Assembly: GCA_964452145.1 (NCBI GenBank)
Contig: CAYVLA010000083.1
Span: 1-13,508 of the forward strand
Direction of reading: 5' to 3'
Length of the DNA: 13,508 nucleotides
Origin: Candidatus Hadarchaeota archaeon
GTDB lineage: Archaea > CAYQAE01 > CAYVLA01
Shown here: positions 1 to 7,368 of the stretch, piece after piece
How positions within the stretch are numbered: position 1 is the stretch's first letter
How the letters are laid out: every line of letters starts with the position of its first letter
Made by a program: the position numbers and the translations under genes
The notes under the pieces: generated by a model
The model's input: only the letters and a program-made list of their open reading frames with translations
The model's database searches: none
What the model was told of the DNA's origin: nothing

Positions 1-1
1 G

Positions 2-73
2 GTGGTGCAGGTGCTTCTCGGTTCCATGATACGTGAGGGAGATGACCTGATCGGGATCCGAGGTTGCCTGTGA
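2..73 (+). CDS. Possible 3' end of an upstream gene running in from the window edge (VVQVLLGSMIREGDDLIGIRGCL*)
   Basis: The frame is open from base 2 to TGA at 71-73. That TGA overlaps GTG at 70-72 (GTGA), the usual translational-coupling geometry. It could instead be the 5' part of the next gene joined by a frameshift. Confidence 0.35.
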   Translation: MVQVLLGSMIREGDDLIGIRGCL

Positions 74-708
74 TCGGCGGATTGAGGACAGCCTTCCTTG
101 CCTCCTTCATCATTGTCGCAATCCCTGGAGGGTTTCTCGGGGTTCTGGCCGATCGTTCTACAGATGCTTGGCGTCACGATAATCTCAGTAATTGTCCTCG
201 ACAAGCCGAGAGAGACGAGGTGCCGAGGTGGCAGGAGTCGAGATTGTCTGCTCTGGCAAGCGTTCTTGCAGCGCTAGCCACAATCGGCATGCTCGCCGCC
301 ACCGTGTATCCCCTGGTTAGGGTTCTCAACTACTGGCTCTTCGAGCCTGGCATCAGGCTCATTGTACTCGCTCTGATTTCGGGGCCCTTCTTCCCCCTGC
401 TTAGACGCAGAATGCCGGTGGCAACGGTTGTGTCTTCGACCATCTATGGGGTTGTGGTGCTCGCGATGCAGCTTGTGGTCTGGCCCTATCCGGCGGCAAC
501 CACCCCCACCCTGGGCTTCTACTACCTTCTCCTCCTGTGGATTCAGTACGGGTTCTTTCTCGGCCTGATGCTCACACACAAGGGCATCTGGTCCAGTGAA
601 CTATCGACAAAGAACAGGATCTCCCAGGGATTCATCACGCTCTGCTCCGTCCTCCTGCTGATGCTCTTTGTTATACTCCGGTACCGCATACTCCCGGCAC
701 CGTTCTAG
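70..708 (+). CDS. Hypothetical multi-pass membrane protein
   Basis: About 6 long hydrophobic stretches in the 64..708 ORF. Start placed at GTG 70 (GAGGT at 60-64, GTGA overlap); TTG 64 is the alternative. Confidence 0.7.
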   Translation: MIGGLRTAFLASFIIVAIPGGFLGVLADRSTDAWRHDNLSNCPRQAERDEVPRWQESRLSALASVLAALATIGMLAATVYPLVRVLNYWLFEPGIRLIVLALISGPFFPLLRRRMPVATVVSSTIYGVVVLAMQLVVWPYPAATTPTLGFYYLLLLWIQYGFFLGLMLTHKGIWSSELSTKNRISQGFITLCSVLLLMLFVILRYRILPAPF

Positions 709-928
709 GACTCCTGACCGCGGCGTCCCTCCATCCTCGAGATGATGGTCCAATTCGGTCCAATCTGCCATCAAGTGAGACTCGGACCGGGTAACCGGCG
801 AGGCTTGGATCTGAGCTGATCGCTCAGTCTTGACCCTGTGTGGGGAACCGTCAAATCCTTGGATCTCATCAAGACCTCCCAAACCGCAAAACGGATTCGG
901 GATGTGATGGCCCATAGAGTTAAATCAT

Positions 929-2218
929 ATGACGAGCAATAATCACTGGTCGGCTAGGTTGAATTTACGCAGATGCACTCTAATGGTTCTGGTCGCGATG
1001 CTCCCTGCGACCCTGGGAGCGGAGGGCATCGATCCGAGGAAGGTCTCCGTCCTGTATGTTGGGGATCCCTATCCCGGCGTGACCCCGTATCTTGACATGC
1101 GGGAGGATGCCTTTATCGAGGTCGACCCTATCCAGGCGTACCATCACGGGGGGAGTCAGGTTCCGCTCGCTGACATATACAAGTACATGCGGATCTACAT
1201 GCCCCGGACGTATGAGAGATGCGTCGCCAAGTACGACGTGATACTGCTGAGCGATGCATACCGACGCGCATTCCAGCCCGTCCATCTCATGTGGTTCAGA
1301 GATGGCGTTCAGGAAGAGGGCCAGGGCCTGGTCATGGTCGCCGGTCTTGACAGCTACGGGGCATCATCCAGCAGGCCAGACGCTAGCTGGCAGGGATCTA
1401 TGGTTGAGGAGGTCCTGCCGGTCGCGGTGCCCGACTCCGCGGTCCATCACAACTGGATACAGCCCTACGTCAATCCGGCGGGGGCAAGGATTTTGATCGA
1501 GGATTACGGGAACGAGTTCATGTCCAGCCTTCCCTTTGAGCCCGCGCCTAGGTACACCTGGGCGTTCAATGGTCAGATCGTCCACGAGAAACAGGGCTCA
1601 CAGGTCCTCGCCCGCTGGAACCTACCGGGCTTCAACAACCCTCCCTGCTACTCAACGTGGACAGCGGGCAAGGGAAGGACGTTTGCCATGCTGCACGACT
1701 GGACCGAGAGCACCGACTTTTCAAGATGGGAATACTACCCCGACTTCGCCATGAACCTCATGCTCTACGTCGCTCAAAGGCAGCTGCCAACCGACTACGT
1801 CGTCGTCCACGAATACAGGTCGAACGTACGAAGGGTGTCCATAGGGAAGAGCATGATCCTCTCACTGGTGTACTTCGTGGAGAGCTTCGGCGGAAACCCC
1901 GCTCGCATCGACGCAGAGATCGCGGTTCTAGACTCGATGAAGGAGCAGGCGAAGATCCATTACCTGGACGCTGACTTCGTCGTTGCTCTGGCAGCTTCGC
2001 AGGCCACCTTGGGAAAACTTGTGGAGATAGAGAAACTATCGATCAAGGTCAAGAACGAAGCGCTCCTGTGGGTCTATGTTGTGGAATGGCTGAGCGTGAC
2101 CGGTGTGAGCCTGATCTCGGGCTTTGCAGTCTGGTCGCTCATGGTTCGGAGAAGGCTTTACCACGAGGTGAGGGCCACCAAGCTTTCCAAGCTCTCCGAT
2201 GACCGACTCGGCACGTGA
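929..2218 (+). CDS. Secreted/membrane-anchored class I glutamine amidotransferase-like (GATase1_like/DUF1355-type) domain protein
   Basis: N-terminal hydrophobic signal-like segment (LMVLVAMLPATLGA). Family-like motifs KYDVILLSDA, GLVMVAGLDSYG, VEEVLPV and GKGRTFA. A helical region and a C-terminal TM helix followed by RRR. Start may be a later ATG. Confidence 0.75.
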   Translation: MTSNNHWSARLNLRRCTLMVLVAMLPATLGAEGIDPRKVSVLYVGDPYPGVTPYLDMREDAFIEVDPIQAYHHGGSQVPLADIYKYMRIYMPRTYERCVAKYDVILLSDAYRRAFQPVHLMWFRDGVQEEGQGLVMVAGLDSYGASSSRPDASWQGSMVEEVLPVAVPDSAVHHNWIQPYVNPAGARILIEDYGNEFMSSLPFEPAPRYTWAFNGQIVHEKQGSQVLARWNLPGFNNPPCYSTWTAGKGRTFAMLHDWTESTDFSRWEYYPDFAMNLMLYVAQRQLPTDYVVVHEYRSNVRRVSIGKSMILSLVYFVESFGGNPARIDAEIAVLDSMKEQAKIHYLDADFVVALAASQATLGKLVEIEKLSIKVKNEALLWVYVVEWLSVTGVSLISGFAVWSLMVRRRLYHEVRATKLSKLSDDRLGT

Positions 2219-2260
2219 TCACCCCGACCACGACCGGAAGGCAAGAACTCCCGCCCAACA

Positions 2261-2308
2261 GTCTGTTTCTTGTATAATTCCTGAGCAAAAAGAATCTCAG
2301 ATACAGAC
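2261..2308 (+). promoter_or_regulatory. Putative promoter/operator of the wHTH gene
   Basis: TATA-like TGTATAAT (2271-2278). Imperfect inverted repeat GTCTGTTTCT (2261-2270)/AGATACAGAC (2299-2308), 9/10 match. Inner CTGAG-N10-CTCAG (2281-2300). Confidence 0.4.
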
Positions 2309-2333
2309 CTCAATCCAAGGCGAGGAGAGATTC

Positions 2334-2657
2334 GTGCCAAGGGACTTGGCCCTCAAGATGTTGAAGATCGTGTCGAATCCCATCAGAAAGATGACCATCC
2401 AGTCCCTGGAGGCAACCTCGATGATCTTCTCGGATGTCATGAGGGCATGCGGCCTAGACCCCAACCGCGACACCGGACCATTCTACTACCACCTGTCCAT
2501 GCTCACAGATGTCGGATTGCTGGAGAAGACGAACGACAAGTACCAGCTTACGGACCTGGGACATACAGTCGCGACCCTGATCAACACGCTGCAGCGGGAA
2601 AGCCAATTTCTCCAAGAACCCAAGCCAATGGCGAAAAGAAGGGTGGAAGAAGAATGA
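2334..2657 (+). CDS. ArsR-like winged helix-turn-helix transcriptional regulator (107 aa)
   Basis: LKIVSNPIRKMTIQSL...FSDVM...FYYHLSML...GLLEK...YQLTDLG is the archaeal ArsR-like wHTH pattern. GTG start at 2334 follows GAGGAG (2322-2327). Confidence 0.85.
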   Translation: MPRDLALKMLKIVSNPIRKMTIQSLEATSMIFSDVMRACGLDPNRDTGPFYYHLSMLTDVGLLEKTNDKYQLTDLGHTVATLINTLQRESQFLQEPKPMAKRRVEEE

Positions 2658-3194
2658 GCAATATCGATGCGAGGTGGCTGACCCAACCTGAGGCCCAACA
2701 CGGCGAATATGGCATCCTTCTGGGAGGACCGAGAAGACCCTCCGTCAAACCGGAGCCAACCGCCGCGCCGGAAGACAAGCACAGGCACAGCAGGCTATGG
2801 GCATGGGTAGAATCGCTGCCGAGGATCGAGATGCCTGCACAGGTGTTCTCGGGCTACGTCCTGGGCTTCGAGGAGGAGGGTGTCAAACTTGGCTCGATAC
2901 ACGTCCGTTTTGCCACCAGCAGCGAGGCTGGGACACAGAAGGTGATGGCCTTGGCCAAGAATACTCTCAATCAACGTGCTTGGCCTGAACTGCCGCCAGG
3001 CATGTCTGACCCGGGCCTCCGTGCTGCGGGAGATGATGGAGGAGTTCGCCAATCAATGCAATAGCCACCATGCCCAGACCATCATCGTCGACCGCCCCAA
3101 TGCCGAGGACGAAGACTTGATCAAGATCCACAAGGAGCTGGGATACGAGAGATACATGACGACCTACCTGATGCGGACCGCAATCATTTCCTAG
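2654..3194 (+). pseudogene. GNAT-fold-like protein split by a +1 frameshift (about 179 aa if repaired)
   Basis: ATG 2654 overlaps the wHTH stop (ATGA). Removing one A near 2957-2961 joins ...KLGSIHVRF...KVMALAK to ILSINVLGLNC...LREMMEEFANQC...TIIVD...LIKIHKELGY, giving a GNAT-like beta4/motif-B layout. Confidence 0.65.
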
Positions 3195-3250
3195 GATCGA
3201 GGGTTTGTGCGAAATCGGAGTTAGCTATCCTCAGAACAATGGGCCCGCGA

Positions 3251-4195
3251 CTAGAGCTTTCTCGCCGACGGTACGCCCGCCGTCTCGAGAAGCGACCGCA
3301 GCTTCGTCTTCTCGTCAGCCGTGAGGTCTCGGGCCGGAGGCCTCACGGGCCCGGCTGGGAGTCCAGCCATCTCCACGGCTGCCTTGGTCACGTTTGCATC
3401 AACGATGCCGGTTGATCGGGCAACCTCGTAAAGGAGGTCATAGAAGGGATAGTTGATCTTCAGCAATTCGGCATTGGCCTCCGCGTATCGCCTCTCCTCC
3501 AACAGCTTCCAGACCAGAAGCTCGTGCTCGGGCCAGAAGTTGCCCACATGGGAAAGGAAGCCCACGGCCCCGTGCATGTGGCTCCAGACATGGAGGTTCA
3601 TGTTGTCCATGAACGCAAGCCTGTCGCCGTAGAGCCGCAACATCTGGCGGAACTGCCACTCGGTGGGAGCGTTCCACTTCATGCAGACCACGTTCTTGAT
3701 CTCCAGCAGCCTGGGCATGATGCGGACCTGGTGGTTGTACCCCTTGCCGTGGGTGTTGTAGATCATGAAACCAACGTCCGTGGACTTGGCCACGAGGTTG
3801 TAGAAGCGCAGCACGTCTTCATCCGTCTGGCCCATGTCGTAGTACGTCGGGGCCAGCTGAACGACGTCTATGCCCAGATCCTCCGCCCATCGGCAGAGCT
3901 CGATCACCTGCCTGGGATCGGTGTGCTGGGCCGAGATGGCCAACGGGGCTTTTCCCCCCGCCTCCCCGGCCAGGGCTTCGGCTACGGCCTTCCGTTCCTC
4001 CAGGGTCATGGTTGGGAACTCGCCTGCAGCCACTGCGCCCATCAGAACGCCTCTGCCTGTCCGGATGCCGCTGTCGAGAAGAAAGCGGACGGTCCTCCTG
4101 AATCCCTCGAGGTCCAACTCCAGATCCGGCTTGAACGGAGTTATCATTGGCACAAATGGCCCCCTTAGCTTCCTTCGTGCCTCGTCTACATCCAT
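3251..4195 (-). CDS. Dihydrodipicolinate synthase (DapA/NAL) family aldolase/lyase, substrate unknown
   Basis: PMITPFKPDLELD, AAGEFPTMTLEERK, IYN (catalytic Tyr), CMKW (Schiff-base Lys) and GLPAGPVRPP. SD GGAGG upstream on the minus strand (4203-4207). Confidence 0.92.
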   Translation of the reverse strand: MDVDEARRKLRGPFVPMITPFKPDLELDLEGFRRTVRFLLDSGIRTGRGVLMGAVAAGEFPTMTLEERKAVAEALAGEAGGKAPLAISAQHTDPRQVIELCRWAEDLGIDVVQLAPTYYDMGQTDEDVLRFYNLVAKSTDVGFMIYNTHGKGYNHQVRIMPRLLEIKNVVCMKWNAPTEWQFRQMLRLYGDRLAFMDNMNLHVWSHMHGAVGFLSHVGNFWPEHELLVWKLLEERRYAEANAELLKINYPFYDLLYEVARSTGIVDANVTKAAVEMAGLPAGPVRPPARDLTADEKTKLRSLLETAGVPSARKL

Positions 4196-4261
4196 AGATG
4201 AGCCTCCGAATCCAGCCGCAGACCGGCGTTAAAGATCTTCCGGTGGTTGCCCCCTTGGCCA

Positions 4262-4313
4262 TTCGTGCACGAAACTGCACTAAGACGTTGAGTATTAGTG
4301 CACCGTAATGCAC
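4262..4313. repeat. TGCAC repeat/palindrome cluster upstream of the ATPase gene (operator-like)
   Basis: TGCAC at 4266, 4276, 4299 and 4309. Perfect palindrome TTCGTGCACGAA (4262-4273). Inverted repeat TGCACTAA-N11-TTAGTGCA (4276-4302). Confidence 0.6.
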
Positions 4314-4316
4314 TCT

Positions 4317-5033
4317 ATGGAAGTCGCCCAGCTCTTCAGGTTCAATGAGTGGTGGGAAACCGGAAGGCTCGACCCCAGGAGACTTCAGGAATACAAACGC
4401 CATCTGTCCGATCGGATCCTGAAGTTCCTTCCCGACCGGCAGATCGTCTTGGTAACCGGCCTTCGCAGGGTCGGCAAGACCACGCTGCTGTACCAGACCA
4501 TCCAGCATCTGCTGGACCAAGGGGTGGAGCCGAGGAGAATCCTTTACTTCTCCTTCGACGAGGAGAGATTTGATCTGACAGATGTCATGCAGACATACGC
4601 ATCAGCGGTCCTGAGGGAAAGCCTTCAGGCTTCGGGCAGGTTGTACGTGTTTCTCGACGAGATCCACAGAGTCGACAACTGGGAGGGCAAGGTCAAGACC
4701 TACTACGACCTCAACCCTGACCTGAGGTTCTTCCTCTCCGCCTCAGCTGCCTTGATACTGTCAAGGAAGACGAAGGAAAGTCTGGCCGGCAGGGTCTACG
4801 AGTTTCTACTCAAGCCCCTTGCCTTCAAGGAGTTCCTCCAGATGCGTGGAATCCAGGTCACCTACCAGGATGCCGAGATGCTAAGCGAAAGGATCCTGCC
4901 GTACTACTTCATGGATTTCATCAGGAAGGCTGGCTTCCCGGAGATTGTCCACCAGGAGGATGAGGAGAAGATCATTGCATATGTCAGGTCGTCGGTGGTC
5001 GACAGAGTCATCTATATCGGTCCCTCTACCTAG
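4317..5033 (+). pseudogene. AAA_14/DUF4143-type ATPase, C-terminally truncated
   Basis: FNEWW N-terminus, Walker A GLRRVGKT, YFSFDE, Walker B FLDEIH, ESLAGR and GFPE. The ORF ends right after VDRVIY, where the DUF4143 region normally begins (family members are usually ~400+ aa). Its stop overlaps that of the convergent gene. ATG 4308 is an alternative start. Confidence 0.8.
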
Positions 5034-5830
5034 CGTTCAACTGTCCACTCCACCCCGAGGTCTTGCAGGGCCTCAAGGACCGCCATGGTGTCCCAGGCAT
5101 CCTTCGCCCAGGACCCATCCGGGTTCTGGTGTTCGCCCAGCCATTGGACAGCTGCGACTAATGCCTCGCTGTCAAGGGTGAGCCCCGCCTTTGCGAGGGC
5201 CACGGTCGAGAGGCGGGTCACCAAGGTATCGTCCGCCCAGCCGCCGTCATCCTTCTGCAACCCGAGGATGAACCCAACCGCCCGCTGAATCATTCCGGAC
5301 CCCTTCAGGTCGGGCAGGTCGCACAGACCGCACCCGTCCCACAGACAGGAAGGCGTTATGCCGTGGCAGCTGCGTCCCTTCCCGCCGACATCGTAGTTAG
5401 TCCACCCGCCGTCCTCGTTCTGGGCCTTCTGCATGAACCCCACGGCACGCTCCTTGACCTTGACAGGCATTGAACCGGCCTGGAAGAGGCCGGACAGACA
5501 CCAGGCCGTCTCGAAGGTCACGCTTCTGTTCTCGCTTCCCCACCCACCATCGGGGTGCTGTTCCGTCACAAGCCTCTTGGCAGCCCTCCGGATCGTCTGA
5601 CTGGAACCTGGCCGGCCGCAGGTCTTCAACCCTGATATCAGGAAGGCTGCACCGGAAACGGAATCCGCATGCTCCATCCTCCCGGCCAGGGCGTCAAGCT
5701 CTTCCTTCAAACCCAGGAAGCGATAGATCCTGGCGGATGCGAAGAGATCCCAGGGACTCTTCTTCTGGGCCAGGCTGGGCACGTTCTTCTCCAGGCACCT
5801 GACCGGGTCCGCTCGCAGTCGTATCCGCAT
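5030..5830 (-). CDS. Prenyltransferase/squalene-oxidase (QW) repeat protein, alpha-alpha barrel (266 aa)
   Basis: Four QxxDGxW motifs: QHPDGGW, QNEDGGW, QKDDGGW, QNPDGSW. ATG at 5830 is preceded by SD GAGGTG (5838-5843, minus strand). Confidence 0.85.
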   Translation of the reverse strand: MRIRLRADPVRCLEKNVPSLAQKKSPWDLFASARIYRFLGLKEELDALAGRMEHADSVSGAAFLISGLKTCGRPGSSQTIRRAAKRLVTEQHPDGGWGSENRSVTFETAWCLSGLFQAGSMPVKVKERAVGFMQKAQNEDGGWTNYDVGGKGRSCHGITPSCLWDGCGLCDLPDLKGSGMIQRAVGFILGLQKDDGGWADDTLVTRLSTVALAKAGLTLDSEALVAAVQWLGEHQNPDGSWAKDAWDTMAVLEALQDLGVEWTVER

Positions 5831-5884
5831 CTCATCCCACCTCGTGGTGCCAAGTGCCAAGGGGACAACACACTTTATTCCTTT

Positions 5885-5944
5885 CCGATATGTTATTACC
5901 AGAAAGCAGTTATCGGTGGTAACAAGCTCTCTTGGCCAAGCTCT
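5885..5944. promoter_or_regulatory. Divergent promoter region with inverted repeats (candidate TrmB operator)
   Basis: AT-rich spacer. TGTTATTACC (5891-5900)/GGTGGTAACA (5915-5924), 8/10. CCGATA (5885-5890)/TATCGG (5911-5916). Palindrome CTTGGCCAAG (5931-5940). Direct repeat CAAGCTCT (5923, 5937). Confidence 0.45.
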
Positions 5945-5960
5945 TCGCTGGGGCGTCCGT

Positions 5961-7082
5961 GTGGGTTCGGAGACTGAAGCAGAGATTCTGAGTCTTCTCG
6001 GCCTTTTTGGGCTGAACTCCTACCAGTCACGACTCTACGTTGCGCTGTACAAGGGCGGGTCGACGACTGTGCGAGAGCTTTCCAGAGTAAGTGGAGTGCC
6101 CTACGCTAGATGCTACGATGTCGCTGCCGGCTTGGAGAGGCTGGGGCTGGTGGCGTCTGTTCCAACGCGTCCGCGGAGGTTCGAGGCAGTTGATCCTGTG
6201 ACGGGTCTGAAGAGGCTGATGGCAGGAAGGATGGGCCAGATAGAGGAGGAGATCGAACGAGCGGTATCCGGGTCGCGCGAGGAGGGAGCGAGAAGAAGGG
6301 AGGCGTTGGAGGATGCCTTTGCGAAGATAGCTGCACGTCTGCCGGGGATGGTCAGCCCTCTGACGAGGCGCTCGGAGCCCATGTGGGCCATCGAAGGGTG
6401 GGCAAACGTGCAGGCAGCAGCAGTGGACATGTTGGCGGCTTCGAGGAAAGAATTTCTCTTCACAGTCAACCCTCCGCCCTGGAGCAAGATGCTCTCCTAC
6501 CCCTATCTCTGGGGAGAGACGGGAAAAGAGCTGTACGAGAGGGTGGCGGAGGGCGTGGCCGTGAGGGGCCTGGTGCCTCGGGGGGCTGTGGGCACGTACC
6601 TTGGGATGCGGGATCTGGGCGTCCCCGAGCTCCGCGTAGCAGAGTCCGTCCCGGCGAAGTTCGCGGTGTCTGACGGCTCGAGCGTGCTCATCGGCGTGAG
6701 CGATCCGGACACGGGCTTGGACAGGTCGTCTGCGATCTACCTGCAAAGCCGGGCCGTGTCCAGCGTTTTTGAGAGCTTCTTTCGGACCATGTGGGTGGAT
6801 GCCATTCCGGTGCAGGAAATCCTGCCGCACCTAGGGAAGCGAGTCGACAGCCTGATCGAGAGCATGCAAGCTGAGGGATCGGAGATCCAGGCAAGGGTGT
6901 TCAGGGCGCTTGTTGACAGGGGCCTGAGCACCGTGGATGAGATCAGGGAAGAACTGAGAATCTACGACAAGAGGCAAACGCCCGCTAGAAACGAGGTATC
7001 AGAGGCGCTGGGATCCCTCATATCAAGGAAGCGCGTGGCGCACGACCGGATACTGGACTCGTACATGCCCCTCATAGAGTAA
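5961..7082 (+). CDS. TrmB-family transcriptional regulator with an extra C-terminal wHTH
   Basis: N-terminal FGLNSYQSRLYVAL...TVRELSRVSGVPYARCYDVAAGLERLGLV...PRRFEAVDP. Coiled coil, then a TrmB effector-like domain (WAIEG, SRKEFL, KFAVSDGSSVLI, FESFFRTMW). Start placed at GTG 5961 because the ORF-track start overlaps the divergent gene. Confidence 0.9.
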   Translation: MGSETEAEILSLLGLFGLNSYQSRLYVALYKGGSTTVRELSRVSGVPYARCYDVAAGLERLGLVASVPTRPRRFEAVDPVTGLKRLMAGRMGQIEEEIERAVSGSREEGARRREALEDAFAKIAARLPGMVSPLTRRSEPMWAIEGWANVQAAAVDMLAASRKEFLFTVNPPPWSKMLSYPYLWGETGKELYERVAEGVAVRGLVPRGAVGTYLGMRDLGVPELRVAESVPAKFAVSDGSSVLIGVSDPDTGLDRSSAIYLQSRAVSSVFESFFRTMWVDAIPVQEILPHLGKRVDSLIESMQAEGSEIQARVFRALVDRGLSTVDEIREELRIYDKRQTPARNEVSEALGSLISRKRVAHDRILDSYMPLIE

Positions 7083-7266
7083 GGGACCCGTCACCCACGC
7101 TCTGCATGTCCTAAGACTCAGGTCAAATTCCTCCATCTCTTCAATGACGGGGATATGAGTCGTCGAGCAATCATAGCAGTCCTGCAGAGCCGGACTGGTC
7201 CAGCAAGGAGCACCCCAGGACGTGAAGCGGCCAAAGCCAAACGTTGGACGCCGAAGGCCAAAGGCC

Positions 7267-7289
7267 ACATCCTTTTTATAGCTGGATGT
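7267..7289 (+). promoter_or_regulatory. TATA box flanked by an inverted repeat; probable archease-rtcB promoter/operator
   Basis: ACATCC (7267-7272), TTTTTATA (7273-7280), GCT, GGATGT (7284-7289). About 90 nt upstream of the archease ATG. Confidence 0.55.
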
Positions 7290-7368
7290 CGAATTGGGTA
7301 CCACGTAGTCGCGGCACACGTGTCATATCGTCCATGGGGCCGCGGCATGAGCCAACCCCAGCGAAACT

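Noticed and set aside
742..819. C/D box sRNA (ATGATGG ... CTGA)
   Set aside because: Imperfect C box, no convincing D'/C' pair, and longer than typical archaeal C/D sRNAs.
2199..2333. N-terminal extension of the wHTH ORF
   Set aside because: It overlaps the upstream gene and the promoter-like region. GTG 2334 has an SD and matches the domain start.
7122..7190. Fic-like motif in the + frame (FLHLFNDGDMSRRA)
   Set aside because: Only partial resemblance to HPFxDGNGR, no supporting flanking domain; likely chance.
7229..7267. Short repeats GGCCAAAG/GCCAAA/GCCGAAG/GGCCAAAG as a mini-CRISPR or iteron array
   Set aside because: Units are only 6-8 nt, irregularly spaced, with no spacers of CRISPR length and no cas genes.
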